The notes under the pieces are model-generated. The model had not been told where the DNA came from and made no database searches. It saw nothing but the letters and a program-made list of their open reading frames with translations. The translations under genes were made by a program, and so were the position numbers. A DNA stretch of 64,000 nt from Longimicrobiales bacterium (GTDB taxonomy: Bacteria; Gemmatimonadota; Gemmatimonadetes; Longimicrobiales; Gaopeijiaceae), in assembly GCA_965248195.1 (NCBI GenBank), contig CBDFIQ010000002.1, positions 2,208,001 to 2,272,000 on the forward strand, written 5' to 3'. Shown one piece after another: positions 39,552 to 48,727 of the stretch (positions are counted from its first letter, which is position 1; every line of letters begins with the position of its first letter).

Positions 39552-40280
39552 TTACGCCCGGATCGCTACGTGGATCGCCGCGATCCCGCCCGTCACCAAT
39601 CGCCACTCGACATTCTTGAACCCGGATTCAGCCAAGAGACCAGCCAACTCGGTGGGTCCTGGGAATTCCTTCACTGATTCGGGCAAGTAGCTATAGGCCC
39701 AGGGGTGCCCAGAAACGACGCGCCCCACGACGGGGAGAATCCGATGGAAATAGAAGTTGTAGAAGCCTCGAAGCACACGGTTGGGCGGGTCTGTGAACTC
39801 CAGAATCACGAGTCGGGCGCCCGGACGAAGGACCCGAGCGAAGGCGGAGAACCCAGCGCGTAGGTCAGAGAGGTTGCGCACGCCGAAGCCGATCGTCGCC
39901 CCGTCGAAGCATGCCTTCGCGAAGGGCAGTCGTAGCGTGTCGCCGCAGATGGGTGTCACGGAAGGGCGGAGCTTGCCGCGCCCTTGGACCAGCATCGGCA
40001 ATGCGAAATCGGTCGCGATCACGGACCCTCGAAAACCGGCCTGCTTCGCCAGCTCCAGACTCAGATCGAAGGTGCCGGCGCATGCATCCAAGTACCGCCC
40101 CGTCTCGCGCTCCTGCCATCGAAGCATCCGGATCGCACGCCGCCGCCAGCCCCGGTCGATGTTCATGCTGAGCACATGATTCAACAGGTCGTACCGCGGG
40201 GCAATTTCCGAAAAGAGTGTGCGGACTTGGTCCTCTCTCTCGGCGCCATGGGAGGGTCTTGCTTCCGGAATTGTCGCCAT
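39552..40280 (-). CDS. ubiE: UbiE/MenG quinone C-methyltransferase
   Basis: FSEIAPRYDLLNHVLS, LDACAGT, FGVRN, YSYLPESV. Confidence 0.9.
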   Translation of the reverse strand: MATIPEARPSHGAEREDQVRTLFSEIAPRYDLLNHVLSMNIDRGWRRRAIRMLRWQERETGRYLDACAGTFDLSLELAKQAGFRGSVIATDFALPMLVQGRGKLRPSVTPICGDTLRLPFAKACFDGATIGFGVRNLSDLRAGFSAFARVLRPGARLVILEFTDPPNRVLRGFYNFYFHRILPVVGRVVSGHPWAYSYLPESVKEFPGPTELAGLLAESGFKNVEWRLVTGGIAAIHVAIRA

Positions 40281-40449
40281 TTGCTCGACCTTTTGGTTAC
40301 TTTTTCCACCTGAAAGCGTGACGCAGTTCGAAGGCGGGGCGGCCGGGAGCCGCGTACCCGGGAAGCATACGAAGTTTCCCGGCCGCACAAACTCCGTGGG
40401 TCGGAGGGCGCCTCCGCCCGGCAGACTCGTGAGGGCGGAGCCACTCCAC

Positions 40450-41040
40450 TTGGATTTCAACACCCAGACGGACAAGGAACTGGCGGCGCTGGCAGCGGCC
40501 GGGAACGAGGGCGCTTTCGCCGAGTTGCTCCGACGTTATGAGCGGCCCGTCTTTTCGCTGATCTATCGCATGGTGCGCGACCGGCCTCTCGCCGAGGACC
40601 TGGCACAGGAGGCGTTCATTCGAGCTTTCAACGCCGTCTCCTCTTACGACCCGCGCTACAAGTTCAGTAGCTGGATCTTCAAGATCGCCAACAATCACAC
40701 GATCGATCATTTGCGACGACGCAAGCTCGACACCGTGTCGATCGACGGCTCGCCCCACGCCCGAACGGCCCAGGAAGAAGAGCAAACACGGCTGGTCGTG
40801 GAATCAACAGACGAGAATCCGCAGGAATATGTGGAGCACCGGGAGCTCGGCGATCAGATCGAGCATGCAATCGGCAAGCTCCGTCCCGAGTACCGGACCG
40901 CCGTTCTCCTGCGCCACGTCGAGGGGTACGCATACGATGAGATCTCGGAGATCATGGGCCTACCTTTGGGAACGGTCAAAACATATTTACACCGCGCCCG
41001 AGGCGAGCTGAAGGAAATGCTCGCGCACCTGACTTCGTGA
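40450..41040 (+). CDS. ECF RNA polymerase sigma factor (SigW-like)
   Basis: AEDLAQEAF, KFSSWIFKIANN..ID.LRR, GLPLGTVKTYLHRAR; start uncertain (40429 or 40450). Confidence 0.93.
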   Translation: MDFNTQTDKELAALAAAGNEGAFAELLRRYERPVFSLIYRMVRDRPLAEDLAQEAFIRAFNAVSSYDPRYKFSSWIFKIANNHTIDHLRRRKLDTVSIDGSPHARTAQEEEQTRLVVESTDENPQEYVEHRELGDQIEHAIGKLRPEYRTAVLLRHVEGYAYDEISEIMGLPLGTVKTYLHRARGELKEMLAHLTS

Positions 41041-41049
41041 GCCCTTTCG

Positions 41050-41077
41050 TGAAACTTTGGAAAACACGCGCCCGTAA
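41050..41077 (+). promoter_or_regulatory. ECF (SigW-like) promoter between the sigma and anti-sigma genes
   Basis: TGAAACTT-N15-CGTAA. Confidence 0.6.
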
Positions 41078-41109
41078 GGTCTTTGGTGAAATCATGAGGA
41101 GTAGATAAC

Positions 41110-42060
41110 GTGGCAAAGAAGCACTCGAAGACACACCTGACCGCTGAGCGGATCCAGGCTTTCCTGGATGGTGCCCTTTCCGGGGACGAGAGGGCCGAAG
41201 TCCAGGAACATGCTACGTATTGTGGACGTTGCCAGGCAGAGGTGGAGACCTGGCAGTTTCTTTATTCCGAGCTCGGGGACCTCCCTCAGCTGAGTCCCGC
41301 ACCGAACTTCCGGGACCGCGTGCTCGCCGGCCTCGACACGGCCGTTCCGGCCGCATCCGGCGAGAAGAGACTGCTCGGATGGTTACGCCGCGGGGCGGTC
41401 CGGGCTGCGGAGCACCTCGACCCCGAGCGGCTTCAGGACTACGTAGAGGGTCTTCTGCCTGCGCGGCACATGGCCAGGGTTTCCGCCCACCTCGATGCCT
41501 GCGGCGTTTGCCGAAGTGATGAGGCGCAGTGGCGGAGCCTCATTCAAGGCGTCGAGAATCTGCCTGTGATGGCTCCCTCGAGCGCCTTCGCCGGCCGGGT
41601 CATGAGCCAGGTCCGGATCGGCCGCCTGGTTCGGCCGGTGGCGGCCAGAACCGCTCGCGGGCGGGCCTGGGCCTGGGCAGGCCGCCTGATCCCGCGAACG
41701 CAAAGGACCTGGGCCGTCATTTCGGGCATAGCCCTCACGCCCGCTACGGTAGTCGCCCTACTCGCGTATACGGTGTTCTCGAATCCCCTCGTGACCCCCG
41801 CGGGTCTGGCGTCCCTCCTCTGGTGGAGAATCAGTGGTGGCGCCACTACGTTGGTGGGTTTCTTGGCAGACGGACTCGTCGAGAGCCCAGTAGCCTTTTT
41901 CGCCTATTCGGTCTTGGATCTCTTGGCCGGTGCGCCGGCGATCACCGGGATGGTCGCCGTCTCTTTCGCCGCCGCATCGGGCCTGGCCGGCTGGGTACTG
42001 TACCGGAATTTGATGACCACACGCACAGTGGATGGAGAATATGCCAGAGCATCTGTTTAA
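41110..42060 (+). CDS. Membrane anti-sigma factor with two zf-HC2 (ZAS) domains
   Basis: HATYCGRC and HLDACGVC, each preceded by an H-L-x-x-E-R helix; C-terminal TM helices. Confidence 0.88.
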   Translation: MAKKHSKTHLTAERIQAFLDGALSGDERAEVQEHATYCGRCQAEVETWQFLYSELGDLPQLSPAPNFRDRVLAGLDTAVPAASGEKRLLGWLRRGAVRAAEHLDPERLQDYVEGLLPARHMARVSAHLDACGVCRSDEAQWRSLIQGVENLPVMAPSSAFAGRVMSQVRIGRLVRPVAARTARGRAWAWAGRLIPRTQRTWAVISGIALTPATVVALLAYTVFSNPLVTPAGLASLLWWRISGGATTLVGFLADGLVESPVAFFAYSVLDLLAGAPAITGMVAVSFAAASGLAGWVLYRNLMTTRTVDGEYARASV

Positions 42061-43357
42061 GGCGATCCGGTTTGCCGGATCGGCACTGCTGATCTCGATC
42101 CTGCCGGCGGCGGTGGTCGGACAGGCTCGGCCGGTCGTATCCAATCAATTGGCAATTTCTCAAACCGAGGCTGCCCTGCACCTCGAGTTCGCCGATGACG
42201 GGACGCTCGAGATCGCGTTGAGGGACGGCTCCGTGATGATCGACGGCGAGGAGCGGGGGAGCTTCGAACAAGGCGACGCCCTCGACACCGCGTGGCGAGG
42301 CCTTCTGAGCGAGATCGTCTCACTCTCGGACGGCCCATTGAGTGAGGCCCTTCGGATTTGGGAGGCTCCCTCTTCGCTGGAGGAGGGAGCGTTGCAGCTG
42401 GCCCAGCTGCTCGATCGCACGCTGGAAGATGCCCTGGAGTCCGACAACGTCTCGGCCTCCGCCGACCCGGAACCGGCGGTCGTGATCGACGCAACGGACC
42501 CGGATCTCAGTCTGAGCCTCCAGGAACTGGCGGACCTATCGGACCGCATCAGACTGGAGATGCGAGAGGAGCTCCGAAGTGAGCTTCGTGACGAACTACG
42601 CCGAGAGCTCAGAAACGCTGGAGAAGAGAGTCGAGGCTACCGGCCCCTGCGTGCGCTCGGGCATGGGATCACGGAGATCATGGGGGGCGTGATCACGTTT
42701 CTGCTTCTTTCTCTGCTCGCGTTGGGAGCCGTGTACTTCGCGAAGGATAACCTCGAAATCGTGGCCGACACGGCGCTGAGGAACCCCATGCGGGCTGGTA
42801 TGGTCGGACTCGCCGGTGCCTTCCTGGTTCTGCCAACCTGGATACTGGGCTGTGTAGCGCTGGTAGCGTCGGTGGTGGGCATCATCGCTCTGCCCTTCTG
42901 GCTATTACTTTTTCCAGTTGCCGTAACGTTGGGAGCTGGGCTCGGCTATTTGTCCGTTGCGAGAAACGTCGGTGAATGGGTGGCCTCCAGGAACATCCGC
43001 AGCCTCGAATGGCTCCGGCCGACCAACACGTTCTACGCGGTCACCGCGGGGATCGGGGCTCTGCTCGCGTTCCCCGTCGCGGCCAGCATCCTCGACATCG
43101 TGCCGTTCTTAGGATTCTTCAGCGGGCTCCTCGCCACGCTCGGGACCATGGCCATTGTGGCCACGTTGCTGATCGGATTCGGAGCGGTGCTGCTGACCCG
43201 GGGCGGACGCCAGACGGATTTCTACCGTGGCGACGATCCCCTCGGGGGCGAGAGATGGGACGACGAGAGTATGTCGGAGGAGGTCCTCGACGCTGAGGAG
43301 TTTCCTGATGAAACCAAGGCGGAGGGAACAAAAACGGGAGATCAGGACGATGCCTAA
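42041..43357 (+). CDS. Multi-pass membrane protein of the ECF operon
   Basis: Signal peptide, acidic domain, ELR-repeat coiled coil, about six TM helices; overlaps the anti-sigma stop. Confidence 0.75.
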   Translation: MPEHLFKAIRFAGSALLISILPAAVVGQARPVVSNQLAISQTEAALHLEFADDGTLEIALRDGSVMIDGEERGSFEQGDALDTAWRGLLSEIVSLSDGPLSEALRIWEAPSSLEEGALQLAQLLDRTLEDALESDNVSASADPEPAVVIDATDPDLSLSLQELADLSDRIRLEMREELRSELRDELRRELRNAGEESRGYRPLRALGHGITEIMGGVITFLLLSLLALGAVYFAKDNLEIVADTALRNPMRAGMVGLAGAFLVLPTWILGCVALVASVVGIIALPFWLLLFPVAVTLGAGLGYLSVARNVGEWVASRNIRSLEWLRPTNTFYAVTAGIGALLAFPVAASILDIVPFLGFFSGLLATLGTMAIVATLLIGFGAVLLTRGGRQTDFYRGDDPLGGERWDDESMSEEVLDAEEFPDETKAEGTKTGDQDDA

Positions 43358-44195
43358 AGGCGTCTCGAGATGGACAGGGGTGGCCTTGGTTCTGGGCCTG
43401 AGCGTCGTAGATGCAGCCAGCGGGCAGAATCGGCGGACGGTCACCATGTCCAGGCAGGTGGAGGACGAGCAAAACCTAGAGGTGAACGTCGAGTACGCGG
43501 CGGGCCGGTTCTCGGTCGGCCCCGCAGGGGCCGGAGTCCTCTACCACATGCAGATCGAGTACGACGAAGGCGTCTCCGAGCCGCTCGCCGAATATCGGGG
43601 CTCTTCGCTGCGGATCGGAGTGGAGAGTCTCGGCCGGCGAGTCCGGCTGGGGGGAGACCGGGCCGGCACGATGGAGCTGGCGCTCTCCCGGGACGTGGCG
43701 ATGGACCTGAACATGGACTTCGGCGCAGTCCGGGCGGAAATCGACCTCGGGGGTATCCCGCTCACTCGCCTGGAGATCAATACCGGGGCGTCGCAGACCC
43801 TCATAGACATCTCGCAGCCGAACCCTGAAACGATGTCCCAGGCCAGCATGGACGTTGGAGCGGCTGAATTCACGGTGCGGAATCTGGGGAATTTGAATAC
43901 CTCAGAGATCGAGATCGACGCCGGAATAGGAGACATAGAACTGGGCTTCACCGGTGAGTGGCAGCAGAACGCGCGAGTGTCGGTAGACATGGGACTCGGG
44001 TCGTTGGTGCTGCGCTTTCCGAGAGGTCTCGGTGTCCGGCTCGAGAAGGACACGTTCTTCACGTCGCTCGATTCCGAGGGCCTCGTCAAGCAAGGCGACA
44101 CATACTACTCGTTGGACTATGACGAGGCCGAGTACCAGATTATTATCGATGTCGACGCCGCATTCGGAAGCATCCGCGTCGCCTGGGTGGATTGA
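43350..44195 (+). CDS. Exported beta-solenoid protein (DUF2154/toast-rack, LiaG/LiaF-like)
   Basis: Repeating units such as xDxGAxxxxID; signal peptide. Confidence 0.7.
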   Translation: MPKGVSRWTGVALVLGLSVVDAASGQNRRTVTMSRQVEDEQNLEVNVEYAAGRFSVGPAGAGVLYHMQIEYDEGVSEPLAEYRGSSLRIGVESLGRRVRLGGDRAGTMELALSRDVAMDLNMDFGAVRAEIDLGGIPLTRLEINTGASQTLIDISQPNPETMSQASMDVGAAEFTVRNLGNLNTSEIEIDAGIGDIELGFTGEWQQNARVSVDMGLGSLVLRFPRGLGVRLEKDTFFTSLDSEGLVKQGDTYYSLDYDEAEYQIIIDVDAAFGSIRVAWVD

Positions 44196-44263
44196 TCAGT
44201 GCTGTGTTGTAGAAGTTCGCGAGCCGTACGCTTCTGGAACACCACGCAATGGAGGCAAGAGAG

Positions 44264-44500
44264 ATGATTGGTACGCTGCTCACCTTCTTCGCTGTCGGTC
44301 TCGCGACCCTGATCGTGGCGGGAATCGTGCTCTCTGTTCTGGGCACCGTGCTTTCGATCGGATTCGGCCTAGCGACTTTCCTAATGTTCAAGGTCGCGCC
44401 GATCCTACTGGTCGGGTGGGTGGTCCTGAAGGTGATCGACAAACGCTCGAATAGTGGGAGCCTCTCGGCGGCGGATCGTCGTTGGCTAGAAGGCGACTAA
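44264..44500 (+). CDS. Small two-TM membrane protein
   Basis: GGAGG upstream; hydrophobic; last gene of the ECF operon. Confidence 0.7.
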   Translation: MIGTLLTFFAVGLATLIVAGIVLSVLGTVLSIGFGLATFLMFKVAPILLVGWVVLKVIDKRSNSGSLSAADRRWLEGD

Positions 44501-44538
44501 GGCGGCAAAAACGTAGGAAGGGACGTAGGAACCAATCC

Positions 44539-45678
44539 CTAGCTCGTCTGCGCCGGCGTCAGCGCCTCGGCTACCGTATCGGCGATTCCCCGTAGAGCCA
44601 CCCCCGCGCCTGAGTCCGGCGCGGACAGAACCGTCGGCGCGCCTTCGTCTCCCGCCGACCTCACCGCCGGATCTAGGGGCACCCGCCCGAGCAAGGGAAG
44701 CTCCATCTCCTCGGCGAGACTCTCCCCTCCTCCGCTTCCGAAGATGTCGATCTCTTCATCACAGTGGGGACACACGAAGCCCGACATGTTCTCCACGATG
44801 CCCAGAACCGAGGTGTTCACTCGTTCGAACATCTTGATTCCGCGGCGTACGTCACCGGTGGCCACGTCCTGCGGCGTTGTGACCATCACGACTCCATCGA
44901 CGTCGATGGTCTGCACCAGGGAGAGCTGCGCATCACCCGTGCCGGGAGGCATGTCGACCACCATCACGTCGAGATCTCCCCAGGTGACCTGCTCCAGAAA
45001 CTGCTTGATGATCCCTGTGATGAGGGGGCCACGCATGATCGCGGGCTGCTCCTTATCGAGAAGGAAACCGATACTCATCAGGCGAACACCGTGCGCCTCC
45101 ATCGGCTCGATCATCTCCTGGCCCTTGGCCCCCGACACGCCGGGCCGGCCCTCGGCTCCGAACATCACCGGGATATTCGGTCCGTAGATGTCGGCGTCCA
45201 GAAGGCCCACCCTCTTCCCAGTAGCGGCGAAGGCAGCCGCCAAGTTGGTCGCCACCATGGACTTGCCGACACCCCCCTTTCCCGAACTCACGGCCACGAC
45301 GCGCGTATTCTCACCCAGGATGCCGGATTTTGGAGTCGGGGCAGGCACGACGCCGGGGCCTCGCCCGGGGCCTCGCCCGGAGACGGAGGAGGGCGGGGCC
45401 CCCGGAGCTCGTGGCCCGTCCCCGCCCCCAGACTGCGGTAGGGTGACATTGATCTTCACAGTGCCGACTTCGTCGAGCGCCTCCACGGCGCCCCGGGCCT
45501 CCCGTACGAGCCCCCCAGGATCGTCCGCCTGAATGCCGAACGAAAAGCGGACGTCACCGGTCTCACCGACTTCCAGACCCTGGACATGCCCACTCTCCAC
45601 GACATCACGGCCGGTCTCGGGATGACGCACGCCGGCCAAGGCCTGGAGAACACGCCCCCGGAGATCCCGGTCACTCAT
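44539..45678 (-). CDS. mrp: Mrp/ApbC/NBP35 Fe-S carrier ATPase
   Basis: SGKGGVGKS, DADIYGP, DMPPGTGD, ENMS...CPHC. Confidence 0.95.
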   Translation of the reverse strand: MSDRDLRGRVLQALAGVRHPETGRDVVESGHVQGLEVGETGDVRFSFGIQADDPGGLVREARGAVEALDEVGTVKINVTLPQSGGGDGPRAPGAPPSSVSGRGPGRGPGVVPAPTPKSGILGENTRVVAVSSGKGGVGKSMVATNLAAAFAATGKRVGLLDADIYGPNIPVMFGAEGRPGVSGAKGQEMIEPMEAHGVRLMSIGFLLDKEQPAIMRGPLITGIIKQFLEQVTWGDLDVMVVDMPPGTGDAQLSLVQTIDVDGVVMVTTPQDVATGDVRRGIKMFERVNTSVLGIVENMSGFVCPHCDEEIDIFGSGGGESLAEEMELPLLGRVPLDPAVRSAGDEGAPTVLSAPDSGAGVALRGIADTVAEALTPAQTS

Positions 45679-45750
45679 TTCGACTCCTCCATGAAGTACT
45701 GACTCGCGCCACCGGATCGGACGGAATCGGCGCGCGGGACGACGAGCAGC

Positions 45751-45780
45751 AAAAAAAGGGGCGCCCCCTGGGGTGGCGCC
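45751..45780 (-). terminator. Possible intrinsic terminator between nfu and mrp
   Basis: Minus strand GGCGCC-loop-GGCGCC-CC-T7. Confidence 0.4.
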
Positions 45781-45837
45781 GGTCGGGAGGACGAGCTCCC
45801 CGCGTAAAATATACGGCCTGTCAGTCCGCCAGGGGCT

Positions 45838-46074
45838 TCAAACCGCCTGCACCTCCCTGATGCCCGGAACACTGCTCTTGAGGCGCCGTTCGATCCCCTC
45901 CTTCAGCGTCATCATGGAGATCGGGCAATCCTCGCACGCACCAAGCAGGCGAAGCTCGACCACGCCGCCCTCCTCAATGAAGCGCAGAAACTCGACACCC
46001 CCTCCATCCGCCTTTAGCGCAGGGCGTATCGACTCCAGGATATCCTCGATCTTTGTCTCAATGGTGTTCGGCAC
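45838..46074 (-). CDS. NifU C-terminal (Nfu) domain Fe-S carrier
   Basis: IRPALKADGGGVE, LLGACEDCP, TLKEGIE. Confidence 0.92.
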   Translation of the reverse strand: MPNTIETKIEDILESIRPALKADGGGVEFLRFIEEGGVVELRLLGACEDCPISMMTLKEGIERRLKSSVPGIREVQAV

Positions 46075-46125
46075 GAGAACACGTCCGTGATCGGATGCTT
46101 CAAGCCCGTGAAAAATCTTGGCATT

Positions 46126-46142
46126 TTTACTACACGAGTCAA
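46126..46142 (-). promoter_or_regulatory. Near-palindrome resembling an IscR/Rrf2 site over the -35 of nfu-mrp
   Basis: Minus strand TTGACT-N5-AGTAAA in an AT-rich intergenic region. Confidence 0.4.
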
Positions 46143-46270
46143 CCGGAAGACGATATATTGACAACTATGGGAGAATCTCTGGAACGCTTGCGTTCTGGGG
46201 ATAGTAAGCGAACGCTCTGTGAGACACATGTTTCAGACTCCCGTGCCCTGTCGGTGAGGGCTCCGGAGCC

Positions 46271-48676
46271 ATGCTGAGAGGAAAGCACGTGCAAGAAGAG
46301 TTGGCATCCGCCCGCCCCAATGATCCCCCGCTAGTCGGCGCGTCACCGCACATCGCCGACTACTGGCAGGTGATCTCCCGCCGCCTCTGGCTGGTCGTGC
46401 TGATTTTCGGGGTTACGACGGCCTCAGCCATCTGGGCCGCATCCCAGCAGCGCACGATCTACGAGACCCGCAACTCCATTCAGATCAACGATCCACTCGA
46501 GATCACCCGGGGGCTCAGCAGTCCATCGATGCGCGTGAGCGGCCTCAACATTTATGTGGATCCGAACGAGTCAGAGATTCAGGTTTTGACCTCGGCCCAG
46601 GTCGCCCGGCAAGTGATCGACGAGCTTGCAATGCGGGTGCTCCCGGAAAATACCAACCTGACCCGCTCTGAGCTGTTTCTCGATGCCTGGATGGATCCGG
46701 ATATGCCCGACGGTCCTCTGCAACTCGTATACGATGAAGAAGGCGTTCAGGCTCGGATTCTGGACACGGCTGGTAGGGAACTCGCCGCAGGCCCGGTCGG
46801 CACAGTGCTCGACATTGGGCTGTTTCGGCTGACCCCTCAACCGCCGCCCAACGAGGCCCGGAGCTTCGGACTCGTGATTTATCCGGCCAGTCAAGTCACT
46901 GGTGAAGTTCAAGGCAGGTTGGCGGCCCGGCCTCGCGAAAGGACGAACATCGTTTCCCTGAGCTACCGGGGGCCCGACCCGATCCTCGCGCCGAGGATCC
47001 TCAATGGAGCGACGGCCGCACTGCAGGGCTTCGGACGCGATAGGGTGAGAGACCGAGCCCGACGGGAGCTCGATTTCATCGAGCAACGCCTGGACAGTGC
47101 AATGACACTCCTCCGGGAGTCCTCCCGAGAAATCCGGAGCTTCAAGGAGAGCGCCGAATTTACGAACCTCACGATTCAAGAGCAGCAGCTCCTCGATAAC
47201 TTTCAACGCACCGACGAGCGCATGCAGGCGCTCATCCAACAGGAGGACGTGCTCCAGGATCTCACCGTGAACCTTGAAGCATCGGGTGTCGAGGGTGTGG
47301 ACCTGGTGGCTTTCCTGGCTGCGCTCCCGCCGGGAGTAAACCCACAAATCCGAGGCATCGCGGATGATATCCGGGGACGGAGGAACGAGGTTCAGGTTCT
47401 CATCACCGAGGAGGGGAGGACCGAAGACCATCCTCAGGTAAGAGCCATCCGGGCACAGCTCGCGACGAGAGAAAATGAACTACGGTCCGCCGTCGGGGAA
47501 AACCTGGTGGTGTTGAGTGGGCAAATCGAAGACGAGCAGAGCCAGCTCAACCAGATTCGGGCAGATCAGGCCAACTTTCCCGGACTCGAAAATCAACTCG
47601 ATGAGTTGAACATCCAGTTGGGGCTCGATCAGGAAAACGTACGGTTCCTGACCTCGCAACAGTATCAGGCCCAAATCACCTCGGCCGCGGCTTCTGCCTA
47701 CGTCACTGTCGTCGACTCGGCCGGTGCCGCCTACCCCGTGACTACAGCGGGTCAAACCAACCTGTTGTTGGGCGCAATACTCGGGCTGATTCTCGGTGTC
47801 GGCGCAGTGTTCTTCCTCGAATACCTCGACCGAACCGTACGTACCAGCGCCGACGTGGAGATGCTTCTGGGTATCCCGGTCCTGGGCGTTATCCCGCGGC
47901 TTCGCAAGAGCCCGGCGGAGTCCAAGGCGGAGGACCGCGATTCCAATCTCCCGTTGTTGGTCGCACTCGACCCCCTCGATCCCGCCGCCGAAGCCTACCG
48001 GAACCTCCGCATGAACCTCATGTTCATGAACACGGAGGATAAGCCGATCAGGACGCTGCTCATCTCGAGCCCCGGTCCTAGCGAAGGGAAATCCACGACG
48101 TCGATCAACTTCGCTGCCATGCTCGCACAACAGGGGGGACGGGTCCTGCTGGTAGACGCCGACATCCGGCGGCCGGCGCTCCATCGGGCCCTGGACGTGC
48201 TCCGGGAGCCCGGTTTGACCGATCTTGTGATCGGGGACGCCTCGATCCGCGAGGCAGTTCGGCCGAATGTGCTGCCCAATCTGGACGTTTTGCCGAGCGG
48301 TCCCTTTCCACCGAATCCATCTGAACTGTTGAATTCAAAGAAAATGCAGCAGCTCCTCAAGGATTTCGAGGGGACCTACAACCACATCATTCTCGACAGC
48401 CCGCCTATTCTCGTGGTCTCTGATTCTGCCATCCTGGGGACACATACCGATGGCCTGGTTTTGGTGCTCCGCTCAGGGGAGACCGAACAGAGAGCGGCTG
48501 AGAGAGCAGTCGATCAGGTTCGCCGGATCGGGGTCCGGGTCTTTGGAGCGGTGCTCAACGAAGTGGCATCCTCGACCGTGGAGGAGAGCTACTACATGCA
48601 GTACCACTACAGCTACCACCCGAAGCAGCGCACGGGGTGGGAGAAGCTGGTTCGTTCCCTTCAAAGGACCTCATAG
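46271..48676 (+). CDS. Wzc-like polysaccharide co-polymerase / BY-kinase
   Basis: Two TM helices around a coiled-coil periplasmic domain; AEAYRNLR, GPSEGKST, DADIRRP, DSPP; Tyr cluster YYMQYHYSY. Confidence 0.92.
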   Translation: MLRGKHVQEELASARPNDPPLVGASPHIADYWQVISRRLWLVVLIFGVTTASAIWAASQQRTIYETRNSIQINDPLEITRGLSSPSMRVSGLNIYVDPNESEIQVLTSAQVARQVIDELAMRVLPENTNLTRSELFLDAWMDPDMPDGPLQLVYDEEGVQARILDTAGRELAAGPVGTVLDIGLFRLTPQPPPNEARSFGLVIYPASQVTGEVQGRLAARPRERTNIVSLSYRGPDPILAPRILNGATAALQGFGRDRVRDRARRELDFIEQRLDSAMTLLRESSREIRSFKESAEFTNLTIQEQQLLDNFQRTDERMQALIQQEDVLQDLTVNLEASGVEGVDLVAFLAALPPGVNPQIRGIADDIRGRRNEVQVLITEEGRTEDHPQVRAIRAQLATRENELRSAVGENLVVLSGQIEDEQSQLNQIRADQANFPGLENQLDELNIQLGLDQENVRFLTSQQYQAQITSAAASAYVTVVDSAGAAYPVTTAGQTNLLLGAILGLILGVGAVFFLEYLDRTVRTSADVEMLLGIPVLGVIPRLRKSPAESKAEDRDSNLPLLVALDPLDPAAEAYRNLRMNLMFMNTEDKPIRTLLISSPGPSEGKSTTSINFAAMLAQQGGRVLLVDADIRRPALHRALDVLREPGLTDLVIGDASIREAVRPNVLPNLDVLPSGPFPPNPSELLNSKKMQQLLKDFEGTYNHIILDSPPILVVSDSAILGTHTDGLVLVLRSGETEQRAAERAVDQVRRIGVRVFGAVLNEVASSTVEESYYMQYHYSYHPKQRTGWEKLVRSLQRTS

Positions 48677-48727
48677 ACGGCGCCCACCGCTCCTTCTTCT
48701 CCACCGCCTTACCTCAGCACGCCGGCC

